Notes under the pieces: generated by a model
Seen by the model: only the letters and a program-made list of their open reading frames with translations
Told to the model about the DNA's origin: nothing
Database searches by the model: none
Program-made: the position numbers and the translations under genes
DNA from: Macrostomum lignano
Taxonomy: Eukaryota
NCBI GenBank assembly: GCA_002269645.1
Contig: NIVC01003398.1
Location: 35,739-99,738, forward strand
Length of the DNA stretch: 64,000 bases
Reading direction: 5' to 3'
Part shown: positions 1 through 50,400 of the stretch, piece by piece
Position numbering within the stretch: position 1 is the stretch's first letter
How the letters are laid out: every line of letters starts with the position of its first letter

Positions 1-342
1 GCATTTGGTAGCTGAGACCTGTGTCTGTAGCATTCGGTAGCTGAGACCTGTGTCTGTAGCATTCGGTAGCTGAGACCTGTGTCTGTAGCATTTGGTAGCT
101 GAGACCTGTGTCTGTAGCATTTGGTAGCTGACACCTGTGTCTGTAGCATTCGGTAGCTGAGACCTGTGTCTGTAGCATTTGGTAGCTGAGATCTGTGTCT
201 GTAGCATTTGGTAGCTGAGACCTGTGTCTGTAGCATTTGGTAGCTGAGACCTGTGTCTGTAACATTTGGTAGCTGAGACCTGTGTCTGTAGCATTTGGTA
301 GCTGAGACCTGTGTCTGTAGCATTCGGTAGCTGAGACCTGTG
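1..342. repeat. 29-bp minisatellite (GCATTTGGTAGCTGAGACCTGTGTCTGTA), truncated by the window start
   Basis: ~12 direct copies. Confidence 0.95.
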
Positions 343-570
343 TTTTACCTTCAGCGTCCTCGGGTCCAGTAACAGTGCATTCAGTTTAGGCTCGGTTTTA
401 CCCTCCGCCTGTTTCCCCCTCGGAATGGCAGTCAAGAATCGTTAATTTGCCCCTTAGAACTTTTTTCGGGAGCCAAAAGCGAGACTAGAAAAAAATGTGA
501 ACCCTGAGAGAAGCCCTCCATCATCACGACGATTGCAGATAATGATATCGCGCTGTCTTCATCTGCTCAG

Positions 571-38290
<37,720 letters not shown>

Positions 38291-38794
38291 CTTATTGTTT
38301 AGGCAGGGAGAATTTTCGCTGAAAACTCATTTATTGGGATATAGGAAAAATACTGCTTACTAATACAAATTCCTCGGTTCTGTTTATATTGGTTTGGGAG
38401 ATGTTTATCTATATCTGGTGTTCTGCAGGTGCCCGAAGTTTTAGCAGTATAGCTACTAAGATTTTATCTGACTAGGGTATGCAGCTAGTAGCTGTGTCCA
38501 AAGAGCTGCAATCAAAAATTTCACAGATTTGCAACGCGTCTATCGGGTGGGATAGGCCTACAAGTTATTCCTACCAGATTTCTTAGAAACTACATCGGAG
38601 GGCGAGATCTAATCAAACAAAAATGAACACAACTTTTCAAGGATTAAGAGATAATTAAACTCACAGAAAGCAAAAAATGCTTGTAAACAATGCTACGAGC
38701 GTATTTATGAGCTGAGCTTTGAGAATGCTTCTTAGAATAGAGATTTTATTTGTCAAGGTGGGATGCAAATCAGTGCGTAAGGTTGGTGTCGAAA

Positions 38795-39275
38795 TACTTA
38801 GTGAAGAGTGACAGGGCGTGGGGTGGGTGTCAAAGTACTTATTAAGGAAAAACAGGGGATGGGGTAAGGTGTCAAAGTATTTAGTGAGGAGGGACAGGGC
38901 GTGAGGTGGGTGTCAAAGTACTTATTGAGGAGAAACAGGGGGTGGGGTAAGGTGTTAAAGTATTTAGTGAGGAGGGACAGGGCGTGAGGTGGGTGTCAAA
39001 GTACTTAGTAAGGAGGGACAGGGCGTGAGGTGGGTGTCAAAGTACTTAGTGAGGAGAAACAGGGGGTGGGGTAAGGTGTCAAAGTATTTAGTGAGGAGGG
39101 ACAGGGCGTGAGGTGGGTGCCAAAGTACTTAGTGAGGAGGGATAGGGCGTGAGGTGGGTGTCAAAATACTTGGTGAGGAGGGACTGCGCGTGAGGTGGGT
39201 GCCAAAGTACTTAGTGAGGAGGGGCAGGGCGTGAGGTGGGTGTCAAAGTACTTAGTGAGGAGGAACAGGAAGTGA
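38795..39275. repeat. ~41-bp minisatellite
   Basis: GTCAAAGTACTTAGTGAGGAGGGACAGGGCGTGAGGTGGGT variants. Confidence 0.9.
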
Positions 39276-39989
39276 GTGGGGGGCGTTGATGTAAATATTA
39301 GAGTTTAGCAAGATATATTTGGATTTAAGCGTATGACTGCAAGCTCAGCTAACAAATGAAGGTCAGAAGTATTTTTGCTACCAGCCAGTTTAAAGTAGAT
39401 TTATTTAATAAAAAAGATAGGCAAGCCTGTGAACACCGCTTTAAAAGCAAAATTGGCAGTTGCAAAACTAGTAGTTAGTGTAATTTTTCGAGCACAGGCT
39501 TGCACACGAGCGCACACGCACAAGTCCTTAGTAAACTATAGACTATTCTGCCTCCTTAATAACACTGCTTATACTCTGTTCTCTCTTGGCTGGAGTGCGT
39601 GCTTTTAGACAGCTCAAACTTTCAGGCAAACTTTCAATTACTCGCTTATTTTCTCTATCTTTCTCTGAATAGAATACGCCTCTTGCGACTTACTTCTATT
39701 ACGCTAGCACTAGTGGATGCTTTACTGAATAAAGAATTATATATTTTTCTGCTACGATGTTTCAAAAATCTGTCTTTTAAAACTGCCTAGCTTAAGCTTA
39801 AAAAACAGAGTTTGTGCTTTTTAATCAAATACACCGGTAGTACCTGGCAAAGAGACGATTCTTCTCCTGTAGATTTTTCTCCACTGACTGGCATGACAAC
39901 CGCGCAGTGTGTACGCTGCAGCTTGTTATTGTTTTCTAATTTTCGAGAAAGCCAAAAGTATAGTTGAAAAGATATACGGCTCGTATATG

Positions 39990-41085
39990 AAGGAGAGTCA
40001 GAGACGGAAGGGTGACAGCGGAAGGAGAGTCAGACACAGAAGGGTGACAGCGGAAGAAGGAGAGTCAGAGAAGGAAGGGTGACAGCGGAAGGAGGAGAAT
40101 CAGAGACGGAAGGGTGACAGCGGAAGGAGAGTCAGAGAAGGAAGGGTGACAGCGGAAGGAGGAGAATCAGAGACGGAAGGGTGACAGCGGAAGGAGAGTC
40201 AGAGACGGAAGGGTGACAGCGGAAGGAGAATCAGAGACGGAAGGGTGACAGCGGAAGGAGAGTCAGAGAAGGAAGGGTGACAGCGGAAGGAGGAGAATCA
40301 GAGAAGGAAGGGTGACAGCGGAAGGAGGAGAGTCAGAGACGGAAGGGTGAGAGCGGAAGGAGGAGAGTCAGAGAAGGGAGGGTGACAGCGGAAGGAGAGT
40401 CAGAGACGGAAGGGTGACAGCGGAAGGAGGAGAGTCAGAGACGGAAGGGTGAGAGCGGAAGGAGGAGAGTCAGAGACGGAAGGGTGAGAGCGGAAGGAGG
40501 AGAGTCAGAGAAGGGAGGGTGACAGCGGAACGAGAGTCAGAGAAGGGAGGGTGACAGCGGAAGGAGAGTCAGAGAAGGGAGGGTGACAGCGGAAGGAGAG
40601 TCAGAGACGGAAGGGTGACAGCGGAAGGAGGAGAGTCAGAGACGGAAGGGTGAGAGCGGAAGGAGGAGAGTCAGAGACGGAAGGGTGACAGCGGAAGGAG
40701 AGTCAGAGAAGGAAGGGTGACAGCGGAAGGAGGAGAATCAGAGAAGGAAGGGTGACAGCGGAAGGAGAATCAGAGACGGAAGGGTGACAGCGGAAGGAGG
40801 AGAGTCAGAGACGGAAGGGTGAGAGCGGAAGGAGGAGAGTCAGAGACGGAAGGGTGAGAGCGGAAGGAGGAGAGTCAGAGACGGAAGGGTGAGAGCGGAA
40901 GGAGGAGAGTCAGAGACGGAAGGGCTGAGAGTGGAAGGAGGAGAGTCAGAGACGGAAGGGTGAGAGCGGAAGGAGGAGAGTCAGAGACGGAAGGGTGAGA
41001 GCGGAAGAAGGAGAGTCAGAGAAGGGAGGGTGACAGCGGAAGGAGGAGAGTCAGAGAAGGAAGGGTGAGAGCGGGAGAAGTCAGA
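39990..41085. repeat. 32/35-bp purine-rich minisatellite
   Basis: GAAG(GAG)GAGAGTCAGAGACGGAAGGGTGACAGCG, ~32 copies. Confidence 0.95.
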
Positions 41086-41939
41086 GAGGGTGGGGAGAGG
41101 TGGTTTACGCTCGTATAGGGAGAAATCAGATGGGAAATTAATAGGAGGCTGTGGGAAGAAGCCGGAACGGTGGATCAGAGCAGCTGCAAGCACAGAAGCG
41201 GGGAATCGGATAAAGAAAACGCAAGCCCGTTACTAATAGGAAACAAAAGCAGTCATGAAACGAGTGAGCCTATGCAATACAAGCGAATAACATTAGCGTT
41301 AGGGCAATAAGGTGACTTCTGCTGCAGCGGCTTTACCTTATTTGCTTGTGTTCGGGATCAGAGACCCAGAGACACGCGGAGAGACAGGGGAGACAGACAG
41401 TCCGCGGATAGGGCACTCACTAATGAGTGAAAAAAAGGGAGGCAGGCAAACAGCCCTCAGTCTCCCAACCCCCCTCCAAAGTCGGGTGAGGGGTTAGGCT
41501 GGGGGCAGCGGCTAAGAGTAGGCGACTCAAAAGAGAAAAGCTCGCTTGTGTCTTATCGGTCTCCCTAGAGTTGCTCTGTGTCTTCTATCTAGCCGAGCAA
41601 ATGGCTGAAGCGCCGGCTAGTGGTCGCGAAATATGCCTTGTATCTCATCTTAGCTAATCCCAGTTTACTGCGCCTACAGTTCTAGTACGGCACGATTTGT
41701 AGCTAAGGCCTAACTAACAGCTGGGATGGAAACTGCATCACACCAGACTGTGGGCTAGGAACCACAGATACCTCCCCCGCTGAAAGCAAAAGCTTCAAAG
41801 CGATTATTTGTTACTTTTTATTAGTCTGCTGTTTCGACTGATGTCAAAATGTCAGTTGTATAGGGGCGTCGCCGGTTGGGGGTTAAGCCAACACCAAGAA
41901 TTCTAATGGAAAAGTTTGGGAGTCCGATTTGTTATTAGT

Positions 41940-42660
41940 ACATTCATTTTAGCGCCGCGGGCACTCATTTTAGCGCCGCAGGCATTCATTTTAGCGCCGC
42001 AGGCATTCATTTTAGCGCCGCAGGCACTCATTTTAGCGCCGCAGGCACTCATTTTAGCGCCGCAGGCACTCATTTTAGCACCACAGGCGCTCATTTTGGC
42101 ACCGCAGGCACTCATTTTAGCGCCACAGGCACTCATTTTAGCACCACAGGCACTCATTTTAGCGCCGCAGGCACTCATTTTAGCACCACAGGCATTCATT
42201 TTAGCACCACAGGCACTCATTTTAGCGCCGCAGGCACTCATTTTGGCACCGCAGGCACTCATTTTAGCACCACAGGCATTAATTTTAGCACCACAGGCAC
42301 TCATTTTAGCGCCACAGGCACTCATTTTGGCACCGCAGGCACTCATTTTAGCGCCACAGGCACTCATTTTGGCACCACAGGCACTCATTTTAGCGCCGCA
42401 GGCACTCATTTTAGCACCACAGGCATTCATTTTGGCACCGCAGGCACTCATTTTAGCACCACAGGCACTCATTTTAGCGCCACAGGCACTCATTTTGGCA
42501 CCGCAGGCACTCATTTTAGCACCACAGGCATTCATTTTAGCGCCACAGGCACTCATTTTGGCACCGCAGGAACTCATTTTAGCACCACAGGCACTCATTT
42601 TAGCGCCACAGGCACTCATTTTAGCGCCGCAGGCACTCATTTTGGGGCCACAAGCACTGA
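41940..42660. repeat. 21-bp minisatellite (CACTCATTTTAGCRCCRCAGG)
   Basis: ~34 copies; source of ORFs 41903 and 41916. Confidence 0.96.
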
Positions 42661-43336
42661 TTTTACAGAACAGGTCACAGAACGTACTGCTTTGACCAGT
42701 CTGGGCACAGTTTCCAATCCGGATTTAAAGAGTTTCGAGGTCCATGGCGGCTCATGCCATACTAACATACCAAGCCTCGATAATTGGAGGGAAAAAGAGG
42801 GGGAGAAAATTTGGAAGGCTGAACTCGACTTGGGGAGGGATGGGGAAGGAAGGCGGCGGATCGACTTTGAGGGACTGAGAGAGCGAGAGAGAGAGAGAGA
42901 GAGAGAGCAAGAGAGGTGGTAGAAGAAGAAGTTCAAAGTCACTGTCGGCCAAGAAACACAGTTTATCGCTTGAAACCCGCCGGGGTAACGCAGTAAAAAT
43001 TACTAAAAATACACGCGTAGCCCAAGACGTTTCAGACGCGACCTTCAAAAGGTATATCTAATGTTGCAAAAACGCAAAAACGAGGTAATTTTTACATTGA
43101 ACGTTAATGTTCTATTTTTACTGCTGAAGCAGAAGGGTCACAACGGCTAACATTTCTCACCTTATGACCTACCTGATTTGAAAGCTTATCTACTCGTATA
43201 GGATGAAGTTTGCAACGAAAGAAGATTATTGATAAAGACTAAAAGCGTGTAAACAAACAGCTGAAACAACTTGCTTTCTGGTTCAGTGGCGTAGTGTCAC
43301 AATACCATAGACAGTGTCATTGATAACTATTCAGGC

Positions 43337-43778
43337 GAATATTTAGCGCCACTGTAGCCCCGAGGGCGAGAGTTTAGCGCCACTGTAGCCCCCTGAAGCG
43401 AGAGTTTAGCGCCACTGTAGCCCCCTAAAGCGAATATTTAGCGCCACTGTAGCCCACCAGGGCGAGAGTTTAGCGCCACTGTAGCCCCCTAAAGCGAGAG
43501 TTTAGCGCCACTGTAGCCCCCGAGGGCGAGAGTTTAGCGCCACTGTAGCCCCCGAGGGCGAGAGTTTAGCGCCACTGTAGCCCCCTAAAGCGAGAGTTTA
43601 GCGCCACTGTAGCCCCCTAAAGCGAGAGTTTAGCGCCACTGTAGCCCCCTAAAGCGAGAGTTTAGCGCCACTGTAGCCCCCGAGGGCGAGAGTTTAGCGC
43701 CACTGTAGCCCCCGAGGGCGAGAGTTTAGCGCCACTGTAGCCCCCGAGGGCGAGAGTTTAGCGCCACTGTAGCCCCTG
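43337..43778. repeat. 32/33-bp minisatellite (GCGAGAGTTTAGCGCCACTGTAGCCCCCGAGG)
   Basis: ~13 copies; the last unit is interrupted by the Harbinger element. Confidence 0.95.
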
Positions 43779-44546
43779 GGGCCAATTTTATAAAGCCTTG
43801 ATCATAGATAAAAATCTATGGAACCGTTGATTTTATCATGTGCCACTTTTATCAAGAAGTGATAAAACTTGTATCGCCCCACCATTGATGAAAAACTAGC
43901 GATAAAATCATACGATTTTCAATCCTGCTTGTGACTAGGATAAGTCTTCATCATCATCATGGATTTTATTCAAATTTGGGATGTTGAGGACGAGGCGCAC
44001 AACCGGGCTCCTCGAGTGTTCATTCCCGCGAATTTTTCGACGGCGAGACCGACTTTGTCCAGCGCTTCCGCCTCAATCGTGCATCCTCAAACGAGACGTC
44101 GCGCAAGTGTTGAAGCCATTCGCGTTTAGGACGTCTAGAATTTTCTGCCAGGCTTCGTTCTTTCTTCTCGAACCGTCCGCGAAGTTGGCGAAGCTTCCAA
44201 AGATGATCTCCTTACGGTGAAGAATCTCCCGTAGCAGAAGTAGCTTTTGCTCTTTAGAAAATCTTTGCTTAGATTAATGTATGAATAAGATCGTTATAGG
44301 CAAAGATTTAGAGTAAAAGAGCTGTATGCAGAGCGGCGTTGGTACCACTTGACCAAATTAGACTGACGAGACGTCTATGGGAGAACTTTCAAATTTGGGA
44401 CTAAATAAAGTTCTTTCCATTCATACCAACGCTGACTCAGTTTTCATCATGGCTTTATAAAATATGATTTCAATCGATTGATAACTGGTGGGCCATCTGC
44501 GATTTTTAACCATAGATTTTTTACCAAGGCGTTATAAAATTGGCCC
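43779..44546 (-). mobile_element. Non-autonomous PIF/Harbinger element with a Myb/SANT-like ORF remnant
   Basis: TIRs GGGCCAATTTTATAA(A/C)GCCTTG at both ends, 3-bp CTG duplication (43776-43778 and 44547-44549); minus frame 44273-44073 encodes SKQRFSKEQKLLLLREILHRKEIIFGSF..RRKNEAWQKILDVLNANG. Confidence 0.85.
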
Positions 44547-45367
44547 CTGGGGGCGATTAAAAATAAAAAAATTGTACTCAAAGCGTGTGTGGGCATTGGT
44601 GCCTACCCTTCTAGCGTTTGATTCGGCCATAGACACTTGGTGCTGATTTTAATCGAATTATTTACTTGCTTGTTTATAAACTTGCAGTAACGCGCGAATG
44701 CACTCGACAGCGGCTTATGTGTAAGACAGGGTAGACTTATTTTCTTAGTACTTACGAGCGTAGTAGGACAGCTTAGTCTATTACATATATACAATCTTAG
44801 CCAATTCTCACGATCTAACGAGCTACAGTGGAGTGGCTTCTATGCGCTGCAGTTTCTAATTTAAAAGAAAACGCAAGAGAAAAAAATCTGCACAGAGAGC
44901 GCCAGAGTCAGTCAAGCGAAAGATTTTGAGACGCGCCTAGAGAGAGAGAGAGAGCTATACAGCTGGGTCTGTCGCATCAAATCTACAGCATGCCGGGTCT
45001 GACAGGCTGCTACCTGGGCTGGGAGTGACTGAGAGAGAGAGAGAGAGAAAGTGTGTTTGCTTCACTCGTGCCATATTGAAAGCATAACTGATTTTGTAGC
45101 TAGATTTCCGCATGCGATTCGTTTTGTATTTCATTCTCCCCTCCCCCAATTTCCCATTTCCCGTGATTGCAGCGTCCTTTTATAATGGATTCATAGCTAA
45201 TTGCATAACTATTTTTAATGTTTAGCATTTTGCATGATTAAACAATGAGAAAATGAAATTAGTGGCTGTTAAACCATGAGAAAATGAAATTAGTGATTGT
45301 GAAGCGTATGAGCTCGTAAGAGGCTGTGAAAAAATGAAAAGGTCTCTTCTCTGTCTCTTAGACGTGC

Positions 45368-45868
45368 ACCCCGGTCTCTTAGGTGGGTACCCCTGTCTCT
45401 TAGGTGGGTATACCCCTGTCTCTTAGGTGGGTACCCCTGTCTCTTAGGTAGGTACCCCTGTCTCTTAGGTGGGTATACCCCTGTCTCTTAGGTGGGTATA
45501 CCCCTGTCTCTTAGGTGGGTATACCCCTGTCTCTTAGGTGGGGTACCCCTGTCTCTTAGGTGGGGTACCCCTGTCTCTTAGGTGGGGTACCCTTGTCTCT
45601 TAGGTGCGTATACCCCTGTCTCTTAGGTGGGTATACCCCTGTCTCTTAGGTGGGTATACCCCTGTCTCTTAGGTGGGTATACCCCTGTCTCTTAGGTGGG
45701 TATACCCCTGTCTCTTAGGTGGGTATACCCCTGTCTCTTAGGTGGGTATACCCCTGTCTCTTAGGTGGGTATACCCCTGTCTCTTAGGTGGGTATACCCC
45801 TGTCTCTTAGGTGGGTATACCCCTGGCTCTTAGGTGGGTATACCCCTGTCTCTTAGGTGGGCACCCTT
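45368..45868. repeat. ~23-bp minisatellite (CCCCTGTCTCTTAGGTGGGTATA)
   Basis: ~22 copies. Confidence 0.95.
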
Positions 45869-46634
45869 AGCACTGCTGTTGTCGATCACCCATTCCATTC
45901 ATCAAGATTGTTGGCCTCTCATCTGAGGGGCGCTTTCCCATTTTGTGTCTTCCTTAGTAAACAGTGTTTCAGCCTTATTCCGTTAAAGTAGCAAAATCAA
46001 CAAACAACCCTGTCATCTTTCATTTTGCATTTCTGATCCAAAGAGAAGCAGAACGGGGAATAAAAAGGCGATCAGAGGACGCCTGGCCGAAATTTAAATT
46101 TAAAAACTTTTTTTTGCAAATCACAATTAGTTCCTTTGTAGTTTAACAAATTCTACAACAAACATAGTATAATAAAAATCAAACATATATATATATATAA
46201 ATTAGCTTACTAGCAAACGGGATTTATTGCCACATTGATAGACGCAGGTACGAGTTCAACAACAAACATGTTTATAGAATAGAGCCTTCGAGGTAATGTT
46301 ATACAAGTAGCTATATATAAAATGATTTACAATGCATACGGATAAAGCTGAGCTGCTGCGCGCAGAATTTGAGAAGACGAATAGCCAGACAAAAAGGTCA
46401 GCTCTTGAGTAGCTACATTCACTTTTTAGGTTACAAAGCGAAGCCAAAATAGCATAAATTAATCCGCGAGAGGAGGCAAGCAGAGGGGGGGGGAGGCCAT
46501 CCAGGATTTCCCAGGGCCGCCTGCCCCAACCCCCTCTCTTTACCTCGGGCAGCTCAATCTGATCCAATGTCAGGAAACGAATAGGCAAAATACACACTGA
46601 GATACACGTGTTCACGACACAATAGACAAGGTTC

Positions 46635-46940
46635 CTTAACTCTTCGCTGATTGGTCAATTTAGATGGATCCTTAACTCTTCGCTGATTGGTCAATTTAGA
46701 TGGATCCTTAACTCTTCGCTGATTGGTCAATTTAGATGGATCCTTAACTCTTCGCTGATTGGTCAATTTAGATGGATCCTTAACTCTTCGCTGATTGGTC
46801 AGCTAGTATTGATCCTTAACTCTTCGCTGATTGGTCAGCTAGTATTGATCCTTAACTCTTCGCTGATTGGTCAGCTACCTTAACTCTTCGCTGATTGGTC
46901 AATTTAGATGGATCCTTAACTCTTAGCTGATTGGCCAGGA
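46635..46940. repeat. 36-bp minisatellite (CCTTAACTCTTCGCTGATTGGTCAATTTAGATGGAT)
   Basis: ~9 copies. Confidence 0.93.
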
Positions 46941-47039
46941 TGAATCCTACTGAGCATTCGAACAAAAAAATTAGCCCGATATTCCCATAAACAAGCGATC
47001 GCAAGCAACACAAGGGAGAAGCAATGCAACTGCGTGCTT

Positions 47040-47411
47040 CTACTTTGCCGAATTGAATTCGGCTCCTCGGCTGGACAGATCGTCAATCCGGGCCTCGATC
47101 CGGTCCAGCCGCTCGTTGATCCGCTTCTCCATGGTGTCCAGGCGGCAGTCCAGCCACTGTCGGAGGCCCTGTATCGAGGCCTGACTGGTTGATACTGACC
47201 GGCTAACGCCTCCTCCGACTCCGCCGCTAGCCGCTGTCACCAGGTTGAGCAGGGAGCGCGCCTGAGACGACAGTTCTACCTCGGAGAGGCGCTCAAGAAG
47301 CGACGTGACGCTCAGCGCTCGGTCGGACGGATGCGCCGGCCAGTTGTGCTGCTCCAACTGGATGCTGACGCAGGCCAGCTTCAGAGAGCCGGGCCCGGCC
47401 AGGGAGAGGAA
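47040..47411 (-). CDS. PAAT: PAAT exon 3 (FLSLAG...coiled coil, stop)
   Basis: atcccgcag acceptor, phase 0, contains ORF 47040..47357. Confidence 0.9.
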   Translation of the reverse strand, partial: FLSLAGPGSLKLACVSIQLEQHNWPAHPSDRALSVTSLLERLSEVELSSQARSLLNLVTAASGGVGGGVSRSVSTSQASIQGLRQWLDCRLDTMEKRINERLDRIEARIDDLSSRGAEFNSAK

Positions 47412-50400
47412 CTGCGGGATGCAGGAATAGAATGGATTGCTAATCTAGCCAACTTCATGGATGCAGAAATAGAAGGGATTGCTAATCTAGCCAACATTGT
47501 GGATGCAGAAATAGAAGGGATTGCTTATCTAGCCAACATTGTGGATGCAGAAATAGAATGGATTGCTAATCTAGCCAACATTGTGGATGCAGAAATAGAA
47601 GGGATTGCTAATCTAGCCAACTTCATGGATGCAGGAATAGAATGGATTGCTAATCTAGCCAACATCATGGATGCAGAAATAGAATGGATTGCTAATCTAG
47701 CCAACATCGTGGATGCAGGAATAGAAGGGATTGCTAATCTAGCCAACACCATGGATCCAGGAATAGAAAGGATTGCTAATCTAGCTCATCATGGACGAAA
47801 TAATTTCTAAATCATGCTCTCAGATTACAAATCACGGGTTTCAATCGAGTACAGTCTAAAAGCAGTAAAATAATTGGAGCAGAAACAAGCAAAACACCTA
47901 TAAAAGGAAGCTAAGAAAAAGCAGGTGTCCTTAAACAGTCGCATTTTGATGGGATTTCGCTAGGAAATTAATCCTAGACGCTGAATGCAATGGCAATAAA
48001 AGCATTTTCCATTGGGAGCTGTTAAATATTTATTTCTAATTTTTGTTGCCGTCCTTGTCTATACAAGCTATGAGCTGGTTTATGAAGGCCGAAAATGATG
48101 ATTAGGGCAAAGTCCTCTCTGTGTAGCGACTCTAGTCCTCTCAGATTTGTTATCTGTAACAGAGTAGTCATTAGATGCAGTTGGGCGCATTATCTGCTGC
48201 TAGGAGAGGGCGGGGCTGACGATAAGCTTGCAACGAGGATATCCATAAAATTAGGCGCACAGGACGCGCGGCCAGCCGCCTATCACGCTACAAGAGGACC
48301 AAACCCGATAACCATGGATGGAGATGAGATGAGCGGGGCATCAATTCGAATCGTGCAGAGATTCCGCATTCGAAATTAGCAGCTCAGACAAGCCTGCAGA
48401 CTTGTGTCAGATAGAGCCAGTCCACAAATTGAGAGATTAAAGAGGGGAGAGAGAGAGCTAGCTAAGCAGTCAGAGGCCTCTCCTACTTTCAGACAACTGT
48501 AGGCTGACTGCAGTGTTTCGGTTCCCTAAATTTCAATAGCTAGAGTAGACAGAAGTTCATAATAGCCTAAGCTCATAGGCTATTTCTTAGAAGGCACACC
48601 AGGATCAGTGGCCGAGTCAGGCTACAGTTGTCTGAAATTGCCAGTTCTGGTTCCGGATCTCATTGCAGATCGGCACAGCGGGATCAGTGGCCGAGTCAGC
48701 CTACAGTTGTCTGAAATTGCCAGCTCTGGTTCCGGATCTCATTGCAGATCGGCACAGCGGGATCAGTGGCCGAGTCAGCCTACAGTTGTCTGAAATTGCC
48801 AGCTCTGGTTCCGGATCTCATTGCAGATCGGCACAGCGGGATCAGTGGCCGAGTCAGCCTACAGTTGTCTGAAAATGCCAGCTCCGGATCTCATTGCAGA
48901 TCGGCACAGCGGGATCAGTGGCCGAGTCAGCCTACAGTTGTCTGAAATTGCCAGCTCTGGTTCCGGATCTCATTGCAGATCGGCACAGCGGGATCAGTGG
49001 CCGAGTCAGCCTACAGTTGTCTGAAATTGCCAGCTCTGGTTCCGGATCTCATTGCAGATCGGCACAGCGGGATCAGTGGCCGAGTCAGCCTACAGTTGTC
49101 TGAAAATGCCAGCTCCGGATCTCATTGCAGATCGGCACAGCGGGATCAGTGGCCGAGTCAGCCTACAGTTGTCTGAAAATGCCAGCTCTGGTTCCGGATC
49201 TCATTGCAGATCGGTACAGCAGAATCAGTGGCCGAGTCAGCCTACAGTTGTCTAAAATGCCAGCTCTGGTTCCGGATCTCATTGCAGATCGGCACAGCGG
49301 GATCAGTGGCTGAGTCAGCCTACAGTTGTCTAAAATGCCAGCTCTGGTTCCGGATCTCATTGCAGATCGGCACAGCGGGATCAGTGGCTGAGTCAGCCTA
49401 CAGTTGTCTAAAATGCCAGCTCTGGTTCCGGATTTCATTGCAGATCGGCACAGCGGGATCAGTGGCTGAGTCAGCCTACAGTTGTCTAAAATGCCAGCTC
49501 TGGTTCCGGATCTCATTGCAGATCGGCACAGCAGAATCAGTGGCCGAGTCAGCCTACAGTTGTCTAAAATGCCAGCTCTGGTTCCGGATCTCATTGCAGA
49601 TCGGCACAGCAGAATCAGTGGCCGAGTCAGCCTACAGTTGTCTAAAATGCCAGCTCTGGTTCCGGATCTCATTGCAGATCGGCACAGCGGGATCAGTGGC
49701 CGAGTCAGCCTACAGTTGTCTAAAATGCCAGCTCTGGTTCCGGATCTCATTGCAGATCGGCACAGCAGAATCAGTGGCCGAGTCAGCCTACAGTTGTCTA
49801 AAATGCCAGCTCTGGTTCCGGATCTCATTGCAGATCGGCACAGCGGGATCAGTGGCTGAGTCAGCCTACAGTTGTCTAAAATGCCAGCTCTGGTTCCGGA
49901 TTTCATTGCAGATCGGCACAGCGGGATCAGTGGCTGAGTCAGCCTACAGTTGTCTAAAATGCCAGCTCTGGTTCCGGATCTTATTGCAGATCGGCACAGC
50001 AGAATCAGTGGCCGAGTCAGCCTACAGTTGTCTAAAATGCCAGCTCTGGTTCCGGATCTCATTGCAGATCGGCACAGCAGAATCAGTGGCCGAGTCAGCC
50101 TACAGTTGTCTAAAATGCCAGCTCTGGTTCCGGATCTCATTGCAGATCGGCACAGCGGGATCAGTGGCCGAGTCAGCCTACAGTTGTCTAAAATGCCAGC
50201 TCTGGTTCCGGATCTCATTGCAGATCGGCACAGCAGAATCAGTGGCCGAGTCAGCCTACAGTTGTCTAAAATGCCAGCTCTGGTTCCGGATCTCATTGCA
50301 GATCGGCACAGCGGGATCAGTGGCCGAGTCAGCCTACAGTTGTCTAAAATGCCAGCTCTGGTTCCGGATCTCATTGCAGATCGGCACAGCAGAATCAGTG

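Noticed and set aside
355-430. Possible further PKD1-like exon after the 29-bp array (ttcag|C GTC CTC GGG...)
   Set aside because: An open frame exists, but the candidate donors (gtttta at 395, gtcaag at 431) are weak and there is no recognisable motif; left uncalled
41903-42695. 245-259-aa ORFs (MSACGAK / LILAPQA repeats) on both strands
   Set aside because: A 21-bp unit without stops in those frames; no unique flanking coding sequence or splice context
47331-47810. 159-aa plus-strand ORF with DAEIEGIANLANIV repeats resembling a helical-repeat protein
   Set aside because: It is the 42-bp intronic array plus the antisense of PAAT exon 3
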